A stretch of DNA of 64,000 nucleotides from a virus (IMGVR_UViG_3300013121_000026:1-64000), one strand, 5' to 3'; positions 1 to 11,560 are shown, counted from the first letter of the stretch. Translations and numbers: made by a program. Notes: generated from the letters alone by a model not told the origin.

Positions 1-156
1 AAACATGGAAAAGCAGCAGGCCCAATCCGTAATAAACAAATGATTGATGAAGGCAAACCAGATCTGGTAATTGCATTTGCTGGTGGAAGTGGAACAAATA
101 ATATGATAGCCCAAGCAGAAAAGGTGGGTATCCAAGTTATAAGAATAAGGAATTAA
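1..156 (+). CDS. SLOG-family (DUF2493/YspA-like) protein, C-terminal fragment
   Basis: Frame 1 reads KHGKAAGPIRNKQM...PDLVIAFAGGSGTNNMI, the typical AGPxRN and AFxGGxGT motifs; runs off the window start. Confidence 0.75.
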   Translation, partial: KHGKAAGPIRNKQMIDEGKPDLVIAFAGGSGTNNMIAQAEKVGIQVIRIRN

Positions 157-2637
157 ATGTACTTTTATACTGATGCGTTTGTAGCTGGAAATAAGGTTTA
201 TTATACCGGAATTGCCCATGATAAAAGATTCTTTGAAACGGAAAACTATCAACCGTTTATGTTTGTCGAAGGCAAGGGTGAATACAAAACACTTAATGGT
301 GATTCACTAACACAGAAGCAATTTATTTCGATTCGTGAAGCAAACAAGTTTATCCAGACGCATAGTGACATCACTAACTTTAAGATGTATGGATCAACTA
401 ATTTTCTGTTTCAATTCTTGAATGAGCATTTCAAGGAAGTCAAATACGATCCAGCAAAAATAAAAGTTAATTACATAGACATTGAAACGTTAATTAACAA
501 TCAAGGCTTCCCTGATCCTTATCAAGCCAAACAGCCAATTTCGGCTATTACAATAACTAACAACGAAGGTGATAGCCTAACGTTTGGTTATAAGCATTAT
601 AAAGCAAAAATTCCAGGCAACACATTCATCCTTTGTAAAGATGAAAAGGACATGCTAAAGAAATTTCTTTTGGCATGGATTTCTGATACGTGGTATTGTC
701 ATGTTGTCAGTGGCTGGAATATTCAGCGATTTGATATTCCATATCTAGTCAATAGAATTAAAAACGTGCTAGGTGAAGGAGAAGAGCTTTATCTTTCTCC
801 ATGGAAAAAAATTAGTGAAAAAATAGTTAGGGAAAAGCGCGGTGATATTACTCATTATGTTTTACATGGCATTCAGACATTAGACTATTACGAGGTCTAT
901 CGACATTTTGTTGCAGGCGGCAGAGAATCCTACAAACTTGATTTCATTGCTCAAGAAGAAATTGGTGAGAAGAAGCTAGACTATTCTCACTTCAAAAATC
1001 TTGATGAGATGTATGATAAAGACTATGAGCTGTATATTGACTATAACATTCACGATACAATTCTAGTCAAGAAACTAGAAGATAAGTTAGGATACCTCAA
1101 GCTAATTTTTGCTTTGGCATATGATGCCAAAATTAATTTCTCGGATACGATGGCAACAGTGAAGCCGTGGGATACGTTAATTGTTAACCATTTGTTAGAA
1201 AAAAAGATTGCAGTTCCGGAAAAACACTTTGAAAACACAATTGCTAGGACAATTGTAGGCGGGCACGTTAAAGACCCGGTTCCTGGACGTTACAAATGGA
1301 TTGTAACGTTTGACTTCACCTCGCTGTATCCACATATTATCATGGGATGGAACGTCTCGCCCGAAATGTTTGTGGGAAAACTTCCATTTCCACCTATCGA
1401 TACGCATTACAATGAAGTCAAACGTCTTATTAAAGAATGTTATGAGGATATTCACAAAAGAAACTTAGTTCTCACTGGTAATGGGTGTTTGTTTCACAGG
1501 GAAAAACAAGGGATTTTGCCATACCTTTCAGATAAGGTGTTTAGAGAAAGAAAACAGTTTAGACAAAAATTAAAAGAACTGATAGCAAGCAATGGCAATA
1601 AAAATGAAATTGCAATGTTTGATAATTATCAGTACTTGAAAAAGATTCAAATCAATTCACTATACGGTGCAATTGCTAATGAATACTTTAGATTCTTCAA
1701 TTCTGATATTGCAGAATCAATCACATCAACAGGACAATTAGCAGTTCAGTTTGCAGAAGAAAAGTTAAATCAATACTTGGGTAAAGTCCTAGGAATCAAC
1801 AAGGAATATGTTATCGCAATTGATACAGATTCTTGCCATGTTTGCTTTGATGATCTAGTTGAGAAGATGCAACTAACAGATAAAGATGAAATCATTAAGT
1901 TTTTACAAGACGTTTGTGAACAAAAAATTGAGCCATTATTGAAAAAATGGTTTGAGGAATTTTATGATCAACTAAATGTGTTTGAACCAAGACTAAACAT
2001 GAATCGTGAAGCCATTTCAGACAATGGAATTTGGCGTGGTAAAAAAATGTATGTGTTGAATGTTGTTGAAGATGACAACAGAGTCCTTCAAACACCCAAG
2101 TTAAAATTCAAGGGAATTGAGGCAGTTAGATCATCAACTCCATTAATTTGTCGAGCGGCTATTAAACAAGCATTGGAGATTGTTCTAAACAAAGATGAAG
2201 AGCAATTGCAACGTTTCATTGCAGAATTTAAAAAGAAATTCATGAACAGCACATTCGAAGAAATTGCATCACCAAGAACCGCTAATGGATTAAATATCTA
2301 TAATGATCCTGTTAGTGTTTTTGTTAAGGGAACTCCCGTTCATACGAAAGGTGCTTTGATCTACAATCATTTTGTTAAACAGAACCATTTGGAAAATGAG
2401 ATTGAGTTAATAGCTGATGGAAGTAAGGTTAGATGGTCGTATCTAAAACAACCTAATCCATTAAGAGCATCTGTTATTTCTGTTCCAGATGACCTTCCAA
2501 AACAGCTTGGTTTGGATAAATACATTGACTATGAAATGCAATATATTAAAACATTTCTAAACCCAATCATGTCATTTGGTAATATCATTGGTTGGAGTGA
2601 CACTAAACAAAATAGTCTGGAGAGTATTTTTGGATGA
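157..2637 (+). CDS. gp43: Family B DNA polymerase, T4 gp43-like
   Basis: Exo DIET, pol motifs DFTSLYP, KIQINSLYG, IDTDS, KFKGIE..RSSTP. Confidence 0.97.
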   Translation: MYFYTDAFVAGNKVYYTGIAHDKRFFETENYQPFMFVEGKGEYKTLNGDSLTQKQFISIREANKFIQTHSDITNFKMYGSTNFLFQFLNEHFKEVKYDPAKIKVNYIDIETLINNQGFPDPYQAKQPISAITITNNEGDSLTFGYKHYKAKIPGNTFILCKDEKDMLKKFLLAWISDTWYCHVVSGWNIQRFDIPYLVNRIKNVLGEGEELYLSPWKKISEKIVREKRGDITHYVLHGIQTLDYYEVYRHFVAGGRESYKLDFIAQEEIGEKKLDYSHFKNLDEMYDKDYELYIDYNIHDTILVKKLEDKLGYLKLIFALAYDAKINFSDTMATVKPWDTLIVNHLLEKKIAVPEKHFENTIARTIVGGHVKDPVPGRYKWIVTFDFTSLYPHIIMGWNVSPEMFVGKLPFPPIDTHYNEVKRLIKECYEDIHKRNLVLTGNGCLFHREKQGILPYLSDKVFRERKQFRQKLKELIASNGNKNEIAMFDNYQYLKKIQINSLYGAIANEYFRFFNSDIAESITSTGQLAVQFAEEKLNQYLGKVLGINKEYVIAIDTDSCHVCFDDLVEKMQLTDKDEIIKFLQDVCEQKIEPLLKKWFEEFYDQLNVFEPRLNMNREAISDNGIWRGKKMYVLNVVEDDNRVLQTPKLKFKGIEAVRSSTPLICRAAIKQALEIVLNKDEEQLQRFIAEFKKKFMNSTFEEIASPRTANGLNIYNDPVSVFVKGTPVHTKGALIYNHFVKQNHLENEIELIADGSKVRWSYLKQPNPLRASVISVPDDLPKQLGLDKYIDYEMQYIKTFLNPIMSFGNIIGWSDTKQNSLESIFG

Positions 2638-2918
2638 CAAATAAAGTTAGCACAGAATTTGATTTTGGCTTCTCTTTTTCTGATTCTACCGAAGAAGAGT
2701 CTAATCTCCAAAGTCAAGTTCAACAAACAACAGAAGTTCTTAATCAAACACAACAAACTGCTCAGGAACTTCAAACGAAGCTTAATAACTTGCTGGGTTC
2801 AATCAACAGCTTCTTGGACAATCTAGCAAAGGAACCAGAAAAAAGATATTTGCTGTGGCCTGATAGAGCAACCAAGGTTGCTGCCTACAAGAAGTACATT
2901 CAAACCTTGATAAAATAA
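2634..2918 (+). CDS. Hypothetical coiled-coil protein
   Basis: ORF overlapping gp43 stop (ATGA); FDFGFS and YLLWPDR motifs. Confidence 0.6.
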   Translation: MTNKVSTEFDFGFSFSDSTEEESNLQSQVQQTTEVLNQTQQTAQELQTKLNNLLGSINSFLDNLAKEPEKRYLLWPDRATKVAAYKKYIQTLIK

Positions 2919-3745
2919 TGTTCATCATTTCTATTTTTGTAATGTTAATGGCGTTTGTTGTTGCTGGCGTTGCTGGTTACTTTTCAATCGTTGGTTTGTC
3001 TTTGATTTTTTCTGGAGCATACTGGTCTACTGTAGTAATGGGATCTTCCTTGGAGATCTCAAAAATAGTAGTCGTTAGTTGGCTGTTTAGACATTGGGAT
3101 GTCTGTGGAAAGATACTTAGAACATATTTGTTGGGAGCTATTATAATTTTGATGCTGATTACCAGCATAGGAATTTATGGATACCTAGCTCGCAGTCATA
3201 TTGAGCAACAAACACAATTAGCAACAGGCGTTGCGTCTAATATTAAATTAATTCAGACGCAAGTCGAACAAACACAAAAATCAATGGATGATATCAACAA
3301 TAGAATCGCATTGATAGATGACTCGATTAGAAATTTAATTACCAACAATAGAGCAACTTCTTCGCTAAGAGCTCAAGAACAATATCAAAAGACTCGTCAG
3401 GAATTAATCAATCAACGAACACAAACAACCAAAGAACTTAACCAATTGCTATTGGATAAAACCAAGGCAGAAAATGAAGTATCAAAGCAACAAGTAGAAG
3501 TTGGGCCAATCAGATACGTTGCTGAATTTATTTTTGGTGTGTCAGACAATAACACTTTAGAAAGAGCAGTTAGATGGATGATTATTATAATCATCATTGT
3601 GTTTGATCCATTGTCGATTGCAATGATCCTAGCAGCAAATACTGGTTTTGCATTTAACCGCTTGAAGAATAAGGAAAAATCAGTTACAATAGACACTGAT
3701 TTTGATAGCATATTTGTAGGGAAGGAAGATATTAGAAAATTATGA
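2918..3745 (+). CDS. Membrane-anchored coiled-coil protein
   Basis: Three N-terminal TM segments, long coiled coil, C-terminal TM. Confidence 0.7.
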   Translation: MFIISIFVMLMAFVVAGVAGYFSIVGLSLIFSGAYWSTVVMGSSLEISKIVVVSWLFRHWDVCGKILRTYLLGAIIILMLITSIGIYGYLARSHIEQQTQLATGVASNIKLIQTQVEQTQKSMDDINNRIALIDDSIRNLITNNRATSSLRAQEQYQKTRQELINQRTQTTKELNQLLLDKTKAENEVSKQQVEVGPIRYVAEFIFGVSDNNTLERAVRWMIIIIIIVFDPLSIAMILAANTGFAFNRLKNKEKSVTIDTDFDSIFVGKEDIRKL

Positions 3746-4002
3746 ACGAACAGTCGGACAAAGTAATAAAGATCCTACAATTAACACAAGAAATTGACCA
3801 GATGATGTCAGGATCATCTGCGGAACGTTCCGGGAGACATGATAAAATAATTGAGACGCTGTTAACAATTCAACAAATGGCTCAGGAACTTGAATTTAAA
3901 ATAATAGAAGAACAAGTAAATTATCTAATTAAGAAAATGGAAATCGAAAGAGACGAGATGGAAACAATCCAGCCGACTCATTATCATGCAACGCTACAGT
4001 AG
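3742..4002 (+). CDS. Hypothetical protein
   Basis: Coupled ORF in operon. Confidence 0.5.
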   Translation: MNEQSDKVIKILQLTQEIDQMMSGSSAERSGRHDKIIETLLTIQQMAQELEFKIIEEQVNYLIKKMEIERDEMETIQPTHYHATLQ

Positions 4003-4009
4003 AGGAAAT

Positions 4010-4897
4010 ATGTCTAGTTTTATTAAGAATTTGGTTAAAAATATCAACGATGAAAATACAACAATTGCAAGCGAGGGAAAGAGTTCTGCAGAGTTTACAG
4101 GTTATATCGACACAGGCAGTTATATCTTAAACGCCCTAATTTCTGGAACAATTTATGGTGGAATTCCTAATAACAAGGTAATTGCACTAGCAGGTGAAAG
4201 TTCAGTAGGAAAGTCATTTGTTGCTTTGGGTATCATCCAAAAGTTCCTTGCTGATAATCAAGAAGCGATTGCAATTGACTACCTTTCAGAGCCTGCAATT
4301 ACTAATGAAATGATGATTGAAAGAGGAATTGATACTGACAGAGTAATTATTGCAGAGCCAGTAACAGTTCAGCAATTCAGACATCATGCAATTAAAACGC
4401 TTGAATCGTATATTAGTAGTGAAGAAAAGCCGCCACTATTAATGGTTCTGGATAGTCTCGGTGCATTATCAACTACAAAGGAAGTTGAAGATACTGCGGA
4501 AGGCAAAGAAACACAGGATATGACTAGAGCCAAAGTAATCAAAGCAGCGTTTAGAGTATTAACTTTGAAGATGGCCAGAGCCAAGGTTCCAATGATCATA
4601 ACCAATCACACGTATGAAGAGATGTGTTTGGATGGTTCTGTTCTTATTAAAACAACGAACGGATTCAAAGAGATTAAAGATATTGAGGTTGGAGACAGAG
4701 TATATGCTTTAACTGGTATACAAAAAGTTACGCATAAATTTACACCAAAAGAGCTTAAACCTAAAAACAAAAAATTTCTGGAATTAGAATTTGATGACGG
4801 AACTAAAATAAAATGCACCCATGATCACAAATTTTTGATGAACAATGAAATGTGGGTTAAAGCAGAGGATATCAAAATAGGGGACGAGTTTAAATAA
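4010..4897 (+). CDS. uvsX: UvsX recombinase N-part fused to N-terminal split intein (intein from Cys at 4625)
   Basis: Walker A GESSVGKS, VLDSLG, TNHTYEEM then CLDGSVLI...CTHDHKF (intein blocks A/B) then stop; start at MSSF after GAGG. Confidence 0.93.
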   Translation: MSSFIKNLVKNINDENTTIASEGKSSAEFTGYIDTGSYILNALISGTIYGGIPNNKVIALAGESSVGKSFVALGIIQKFLADNQEAIAIDYLSEPAITNEMMIERGIDTDRVIIAEPVTVQQFRHHAIKTLESYISSEEKPPLLMVLDSLGALSTTKEVEDTAEGKETQDMTRAKVIKAAFRVLTLKMARAKVPMIITNHTYEEMCLDGSVLIKTTNGFKEIKDIEVGDRVYALTGIQKVTHKFTPKELKPKNKKFLELEFDDGTKIKCTHDHKFLMNNEMWVKAEDIKIGDEFK

Positions 4898-4912
4898 ACA
4901 AAACACACTTAA

Positions 4913-4959
4913 ACTCCCTAATATTATAAATACTATAAGTATGGTTAGTGTTAAGGAGT
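4913..4959 (+). promoter_or_regulatory. T4-type late promoter TATAAATA (4925-4932) overlapping an RBS-sequestering hairpin
   Basis: ACTCCCTAATATTA (4913-4926) pairs with TAGTGTTAAGGAGT (4946-4959), which contains the RBS. Confidence 0.75.
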
Positions 4960-4965
4960 CTGTAG

Positions 4966-5961
4966 ATGTATCGTTTAATGATAAAAACGCACAATAAAAC
5001 TAATTTAAAATATCTTTGTATAACCAAAAAAGAAAATTGGAAGGAATATCTTGGTAGTGGAATCAGATGGAGGAAGCACCTTAATAAACATGGCAATGAT
5101 ATATCCACAGAATTGTTGTATGAAAGCGATAATTATGATGATTTTTTAGAAAAATGTTTATTTGTTAGCACAGATCTTAATGTAGCGTTAGGTGATGAAT
5201 TTGCTAATCTTGTACCAGAAACAGGGTATAATAATTCTGATGGTTATCCTAATGTTGTTTTATGGTGGAGATACGCATCTGAAGAATTAAAGCAAGACAT
5301 TTTTAGAAAAAGAGCAGCTGGTTTACAAGAATGGTGGAAAAACATTCCTATTGAAAAAAGAAATGAGATATCAAAAAAAATATCTCTTAAATCAAAAAAA
5401 TATTGGGAAAATTTTACCTTAGAAGAGAGAAGAAATTTAACAAGATTTTTCCGTGAAGGAGCTATTAAGTTTTTTGAAAATAAAGATTCAGAAAAATATC
5501 TTTTGTGGAAAAAAAGAATTAGCGAAACAACTCGTATTAGATTAGCTAATACTGATAAAAAAATTCTTTCCGAAAGAAACAGAAAAGCTAGATTGAATAT
5601 TAGTAAAGAATCTGCAGAACATCGGAAAAAGAAAATTCAAGAAGTTTATAAAACAGGAAAACACAATAAATTATTTGAACAATATTCCACCCAAAGAAAA
5701 GGATACAATAACCCCGCAGCTAAAAAAATATTATGGTTTGGGAAAATTTTCCCAAAATTAGAGTTCGAAAAAACAATTGGAAAAATAAATTCAAACAAAG
5801 TGTCTGAAGAAATAAGAGCAGGAAATTGTAAATTATTATTCTCAAATATTAAGAAAAATTATCAAAACATAGTATGTCCTTATTGCAAAAAACAAAGCAA
5901 TAACAAAAAACCAAGTACCTTTAAAAAATATCATTTAGAAAATTGTAAGGAGAAAAAATGA
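4966..5961 (+). mobile_element. Free-standing homing endonuclease, GIY-YIG/Seg-like, between the uvsX halves
   Basis: N-terminal YRLMIKTH..LKYLCIT..YLGSG..W, basic helical repeats, C-terminal CPYC..HLENC; very AT-rich. Confidence 0.8.
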
Positions 5962-6491
5962 GAAAATTAAAAAGCGTTAAAGAAGTGGAACCTTTTGATT
6001 TATATGATATAACAGTAGAAAATGATCATTGTTTTGAATTATCAAATGGAATTATTGCTCATAACTCATCAATGTATCCTCGCAAGATTTTGAGTGGTGG
6101 ATCTGGGTTGAAATACGCAGCAGACATTATTTTGTTTCTTTCAAAGAAGAAATTCAAAGATGGTGACACTGTTGTAGGCAATATCATTCATGTTGTTAAT
6201 CACAAGAATCGTCTAGCAAAGGAAAATGCTCTAGTCGATATTCTTCTAACATATGACAAGGGTCTTGACAGATATTATGGCTTGCTTGATCTTGCAGAAA
6301 AGTATAATATCTTCAAGAAGGTAAGCACTAGATACGAGATGCCAGATGGCACTAAGGTATTTGGTAAGCAGATTAACGAGAACCCAGAAAAATATTATAC
6401 CAAAGAAATTTTAGACCAATTGGATGAAGCAGCAAAGCAGGAATTCCAGTATGGCAAGGAAGTAAATTTAGAAGAAAAAGAAAGTGAATGA
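5958..6491 (+). CDS. uvsX: C-terminal split intein (36 aa, ends HN at 6065) fused to UvsX C-part
   Basis: [12 protein letters not shown]...IAHN|S followed by [11 protein letters not shown]...KNR of RecA/UvsX. Confidence 0.93.
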   Translation: MRKLKSVKEVEPFDLYDITVENDHCFELSNGIIAHNSSMYPRKILSGGSGLKYAADIILFLSKKKFKDGDTVVGNIIHVVNHKNRLAKENALVDILLTYDKGLDRYYGLLDLAEKYNIFKKVSTRYEMPDGTKVFGKQINENPEKYYTKEILDQLDEAAKQEFQYGKEVNLEEKESE

Positions 6492-7861
6492 CATTAGAAC
6501 AGACGATCCTAAGTAACCTAGTTTTTAATGAGAATTTTTTAAGAAATACAGCACCTTATATCAAAGCAGAATACTTTACGAACTATGATGAGCGTAAAGT
6601 ATTCACGCTTATTGAGAAGTACTTCTCGAAGTACAACAGATCACCTAATCCACGATCTTTAATAGTTGATCTTCAAAACGACATAGATAACCTAGATCAA
6701 AGCCTATACAATGACAGCATTAAGTTAATTAAAAAGCTAGAAGAAACCAACAGTGATCCTGAATGGCTACTGGATAACACTGAACAATTTTGTAAAAACA
6801 ATGCAGTTAGATGCGCTGTTCAACAAATCATTCATATTCGCAATGAAAATAAGCTAGCACATCCTGAAGAACAATATCTTCAGCTAATGAAGGATGCAAT
6901 TTCCGTATCTTTTGATAATGATATTGGACACAACTTTATTCAGGACTTCGAAAAGCGATATGATTTTTATCATAAGCAAGAGAACCATCTTCCTTTTGAT
7001 ATAGACATGCTGAATACGATTACTGAAGGTGGGTTAGTTCCAAAGACGCTCAACCTGATTCTTGCACCAACAGGCGTTGGAAAATCTTTGGTCATGTGTC
7101 ACTTTGCAGCAAGCAATTTGATGCGGGGCAAAAACGTCTTGTACATTACATTGGAAATGGCGGAAGAACGAATAGCTGAACGTATTGATGCCAATCTGCT
7201 TAACATTCCAATCAGTGAATTGAGGAGTACTTCTAAAGAGACTTATGAAGGCAAGATTCAGAGACTCAAGAACAAGACTCAGGGTCAACTAATTATTAAA
7301 GAATACCCGCCTGTTAGCGCAGGTGCCAATCATTTCAGATTCTTAATAAATGAACTAAGAACGAAAAAGAACTTTGTTCCGGACGTTATCTACATTGACT
7401 ATCTTAATATTTGTATGAGTTCACGCTTGCGTCATGGGTCAAATGTTAACAGTTATCTTTATGTTAAATCAATTGCAGAAGAACTTCGTGGCCTTGGCGT
7501 TGAATTTAATGTGCCTATTGTTTCTGCTTCACAGGTTAATCGAGCGGGTGCAAATGACAGTGACTATGATTTAACTAATACATCAGATTCATTTGGATTG
7601 CCAATGACCTGCGATTTAATTCTGGCATTAATCAGTACTCCGGAGTTAATTGCTTTAAATCAAATCTGCTTTAAACAGTTAAAAAATAGATTCAGTGACT
7701 GGACGCAGAACAATAAATTCATTGTCGGTATTGACCATAGCAAGATGCGTCTGTATAATTGTGAGAAGTCAGCTCAGCTAAATCCGACTGGGGATTTAGA
7801 TATTCCAATAATGGACATTAATAAGAAATTTGATAGGAAATTATTCGATGAGTTCAAATAG
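6488..7861 (+). CDS. gp41: Replicative DNA helicase, T4 gp41-like
   Basis: [34 protein letters not shown]. Confidence 0.96.
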   Translation: MTLEQTILSNLVFNENFLRNTAPYIKAEYFTNYDERKVFTLIEKYFSKYNRSPNPRSLIVDLQNDIDNLDQSLYNDSIKLIKKLEETNSDPEWLLDNTEQFCKNNAVRCAVQQIIHIRNENKLAHPEEQYLQLMKDAISVSFDNDIGHNFIQDFEKRYDFYHKQENHLPFDIDMLNTITEGGLVPKTLNLILAPTGVGKSLVMCHFAASNLMRGKNVLYITLEMAEERIAERIDANLLNIPISELRSTSKETYEGKIQRLKNKTQGQLIIKEYPPVSAGANHFRFLINELRTKKNFVPDVIYIDYLNICMSSRLRHGSNVNSYLYVKSIAEELRGLGVEFNVPIVSASQVNRAGANDSDYDLTNTSDSFGLPMTCDLILALISTPELIALNQICFKQLKNRFSDWTQNNKFIVGIDHSKMRLYNCEKSAQLNPTGDLDIPIMDINKKFDRKLFDEFK

Positions 7862-8783
7862 TATACCCGCCCCAATTATTCAAGATAAATTAGCCGCTGC
7901 TTTGTTTATTAATAGCATGGATTATACTATTTGGGTTAATTTAATGATCAATAAGGACTATTCGATAGCAGAAGATATGCTTTATGTTGTTACAGTTATA
8001 CCAACTATTCCAAAGGTGTCACGTGAATTTATTAGTAGATAAGCCACGTGTTGTGTGGCAGAATTTTTTTGTTTTTACTAGAAAATTAGAGGATAGTAAT
8101 ATACTTCCACTCGATGAATGGTTCATACCGTTGATTGGGCCAAGACATTATCCTTTTGATGGTGTTGTACCAAATCCAATTGATTCGAGAATAAATTTTT
8201 TTGGTAGATAATATTCCTAACTATAGTTTTAGGTGGTAATGGCACAAATGGATTTGCATTTAGTAAGCTCCAAAACAAATCTAATAATGTGTGAATTATT
8301 TGTTAAGTTAATTCCACGCACATTAACTATTGATGTACTCCAACATGATATGATTTTTGGGTGTATAGAAAGAGAATTTAAACATTTAGATCGGATAAAT
8401 TATGTCTTGGAATGATCAATTGTATGAGTCACTTAATATTGTGCAAAGAAATATTGTTTCCGCCTTTAATATTAAATTAGAAAACAGTTTTTTATTGCCA
8501 TATTTTGAGAGGAATTTATTAATCACAAGAATTATCACAAGAATTCCGGAACCTATTCGGCATCAAATGGATTTTTTAAATGACGTTTGAACAATTAATT
8601 TCTCAGATGAAATCTTTTCCACCGCGATTGGAAATTGACGTTGATGCATATGTAGAACTTAGGCATTATATAATGCCTAAGAGCATAGGTATAATGAACG
8701 AAATCATGTATGAAATTAATTTACATAATCTAACTGAGTTTTCCAAAAGGACGTTTAACGCAAAGGATATCGTTACTTACTAA
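7830..8783 (+). CDS. Tract of about five small AT-rich hypothetical ORFs
   Basis: Overlapping 60-75 aa ORFs on the sense strand; no recognisable motifs; exact starts uncertain. Confidence 0.35.
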
Positions 8784-8795
8784 ATTCCTCGTTTT

Positions 8796-8803
8796 TATAA
8801 ATA
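8796..8803 (+). promoter_or_regulatory. T4-type late promoter
   Basis: TATAAATA upstream of virion-type genes. Confidence 0.75.
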
Positions 8804-8835
8804 CATTTAACATAAACCTACGTGGGAACTGTTAA

Positions 8836-9300
8836 ATGAAAGAAATAAACGAGGGCAATCGCCCTATTGATAAGGTAGATTGGTTAATTAGAGCCGGTAT
8901 TGGGACGACAAAAGAGCTCCCATATTATCGCCAGGCATTATTAAATCCACATTCAACAATCCAAAATACGTTATACCGCCCATATGTTGCGGAGGCACTT
9001 GATAACTTATTAGACGTTATCATGAACGATAGTACTGTATTCTATCGAATTCAAAATCAACTATTACATTCCAAAAAATCCAAAAAGGTTTATGAGGCGC
9101 TTGAGAAAAAAGCTCGTGCGCATGGTATTTCTGTTGATGATATTAATAAAGAATATGAGCAGGGATACTTAGAGGGAAAGAACAATAAAATCTCACTCCA
9201 AGAAGAAGCGTTTAATCGAGTTAATAATAGGCTAGCAAAGAAAACGCTAGGTACTATTAAAAAAGTTATCAGCGAAGGAAAGAAAAATGGCAAATTTTAA
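8836..9300 (+). CDS. Putative virion/internal head protein
   Basis: Late promoter; N-terminal MKEINE resembles a prohead-protease site. Confidence 0.55.
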   Translation: MKEINEGNRPIDKVDWLIRAGIGTTKELPYYRQALLNPHSTIQNTLYRPYVAEALDNLLDVIMNDSTVFYRIQNQLLHSKKSKKVYEALEKKARAHGISVDDINKEYEQGYLEGKNNKISLQEEAFNRVNNRLAKKTLGTIKKVISEGKKNGKF

Positions 9301-10231
9301 TAATCTAAAGTCTCTTATTGCAGAACAAATCAAGAAAAAGAAGGAAGCAAAGAAGAGAACTCCCGTTGAAGTTAATAATGAGGTTATTAATGAGATTTCA
9401 AAAAAATTAGCCGCAAAATATATTAATAAAGCAGCCGATCCTCATGATGAACAGGGAATTGCAACACAAGCACAGAGAGCTGGTTATAAATTAGGTTCCG
9501 CAGACGGGTTCGAAGGTGATATAGGAAACAAAGAAGAAAGAAAAACTTATTATCGTTCTAAAGGAATACAAAGAGCATTAAAACGCTTAACAAACGAAGA
9601 TTTAGAAAATTTAGATGAAATTTCAACTAAAAAACTAGACAAATACATTAATAGAGCCATAGAAGACCACGGTCACTCTCATTTTGCCTCAAATCAAACA
9701 CAAAACAGTAACGAAAAACAATACTTTGATAATAGAACCAAAAAAAGAAAAATGGGAATTTCAACGGCATATAAAATACTCGATAAAAAACAGGTTAATG
9801 AAAATTTTCAAATCGGTGATAATGTTCATTTAGGTTTTGGATCAAAGGGCGGTGCTGGGTTTAGAGGAAAACTAATTAAAGCAAAAAATGGTAAAGTTTG
9901 GGTTCGCCAGCACGAAGCAGACGCTAAACATAAAAAATATGGCCCTAAAGTTTGGATTGGTAGTGAAAAAAAATTAACTAAAGAAGAAGCTATTAACGAA
10001 GTGTTGGGAGTGTATACTCCAGATCCAATTAAAGGCACTTTAGATCGTCAAACAAATCAGGTAGGCAAAAAAGTTAAAATAAACAATAGAAATGATGATC
10101 AATACAATGGTGCTACTGGTGTTGTTACGTTCTCTAATAACAAGGGAATGCACCATGCAGTTAAACTTTCTGGAAGAGAAAAAGAAGTTTGGTTTTTGGG
10201 TAAACACTTGGTTTCGGTCGATGATAAATGA
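9287..10231 (+). CDS. Putative internal head protein with (L/I)xE-IS repeats
   Basis: INEISKK, LDEISTKK, VNE, INE motifs; Lys-rich. Confidence 0.6.
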   Translation: MANFNNLKSLIAEQIKKKKEAKKRTPVEVNNEVINEISKKLAAKYINKAADPHDEQGIATQAQRAGYKLGSADGFEGDIGNKEERKTYYRSKGIQRALKRLTNEDLENLDEISTKKLDKYINRAIEDHGHSHFASNQTQNSNEKQYFDNRTKKRKMGISTAYKILDKKQVNENFQIGDNVHLGFGSKGGAGFRGKLIKAKNGKVWVRQHEADAKHKKYGPKVWIGSEKKLTKEEAINEVLGVYTPDPIKGTLDRQTNQVGKKVKINNRNDDQYNGATGVVTFSNNKGMHHAVKLSGREKEVWFLGKHLVSVDDK

Positions 10232-11534
10232 GATATCAAACTGGAATCTCAGGGATTATATTAGAGCCGCAACAGTTTCAAAATCAAATGCGGAACATGA
10301 TATTAAATTTGGTGATAGAGAAGAACGAGAAGATGCAGAACCAATACTTAGAAAGCGAAGTTCTGGATTAGAAAGAGCCCATAGATTAATAAATAGTAAT
10401 AAAAAGAAGGCATGGAGAAAACACTTGGAAACCGAAATCAGAAATAGACTTAGAGAAGAACAACTTGATGAAAACCGCGATTATAATATTAATTTCAAAA
10501 CTGGAGATCGTGTTTATCGCGATGGCGAGAAAATTGGAAGTTACCCAGGCGGTGGTCATATGTACAAGCCACAATATGGAACAGTGGTAAAACACTCCAA
10601 TACCACAGCAAAAGTACAATGGGCAGATGGATCACATACAGTCCATAATCATTATGGTCGGGAGCGAGGAGATAATAGCACCTATCTTAGTCATCGATAT
10701 AACAAGTCAACTAGAATTAATCATAAACCGTACGAATATAAAGACGAACAAGAACATATTGATGCTATTAGTAATAAAGCAGATGATGCTCAAAAGACCA
10801 GAGAACATATTAACAGACATTCCGCATTGATAAATGATTTGCATGGTCATCATCACAGTGATTTTACTCCAGAACATCTTGACGCTTTGGATAAGATTAA
10901 TAATGAGATAAAGAGCAAACATAAAATCAATGAAGAACGACTTGATGAAGAACAAAAGAATAAAAATGGTTGGAAAAATTATATTAAAATAACTGCTCCA
11001 AACGGACAAAAAGACTGGGTTCATAAAGATAGTAGTGCGGCCAAAAAATATAAAAAGAATAAAAAAACAAAAAAACTTGATGAAATTTCTAATAAGACTC
11101 TAGCTAATTATGTTAAGGGTGCAGGATCTGACCTTAGAATTAAAGAATACCAAACTGGAAGTTTAGCCGATTATCAGGATCGTTGGTCTAAAGCAGCCAA
11201 GGCAAAATTATTCAAAAAGATCCAGCAGCGTTCAGGTAATATGAATAAAGCAGTCGATCGTCTAGTTGGAGAAGAACAGTTAGATGAAATTTCTAATAAG
11301 ACTTTAAAGTCTTATGTAAGGAAGTCAATGACTTCACGTAATCGTCTTTGGGATAAAGCGGATAAAGAAGAAGACAAGGCGATGTCAACAGATGGTACCA
11401 AGTATCCAGAAAAGCAAAACAGACATCAGAAAAATGCTAATGATGCCATCCGCAAATGGAGAAATAGAGGCGATGGACTTCGTCGTGCTAATAAAGGAAT
11501 TGCGCTTAATAAATTACGTAATCCCAAACAATAA
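10221..11534 (+). CDS. Putative internal head protein with repeated LDE(IS) modules
   Basis: MINEIS, EQLDE, RLDE, LDEISNKTL twice; start at ATG 10221 overlapping the upstream stop. Confidence 0.6.
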   Translation: MINEISNWNLRDYIRAATVSKSNAEHDIKFGDREEREDAEPILRKRSSGLERAHRLINSNKKKAWRKHLETEIRNRLREEQLDENRDYNINFKTGDRVYRDGEKIGSYPGGGHMYKPQYGTVVKHSNTTAKVQWADGSHTVHNHYGRERGDNSTYLSHRYNKSTRINHKPYEYKDEQEHIDAISNKADDAQKTREHINRHSALINDLHGHHHSDFTPEHLDALDKINNEIKSKHKINEERLDEEQKNKNGWKNYIKITAPNGQKDWVHKDSSAAKKYKKNKKTKKLDEISNKTLANYVKGAGSDLRIKEYQTGSLADYQDRWSKAAKAKLFKKIQQRSGNMNKAVDRLVGEEQLDEISNKTLKSYVRKSMTSRNRLWDKADKEEDKAMSTDGTKYPEKQNRHQKNANDAIRKWRNRGDGLRRANKGIALNKLRNPKQ

Positions 11535-11560
11535 ATAATAAGAAAAGGAGTAAAATTAAT

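Noticed and set aside
10092-10220. N-terminal extension of the 480-aa ORF
   Set aside because: Overlaps the upstream gene out of frame; ATG 10221 gives MINEIS, matching the repeat module
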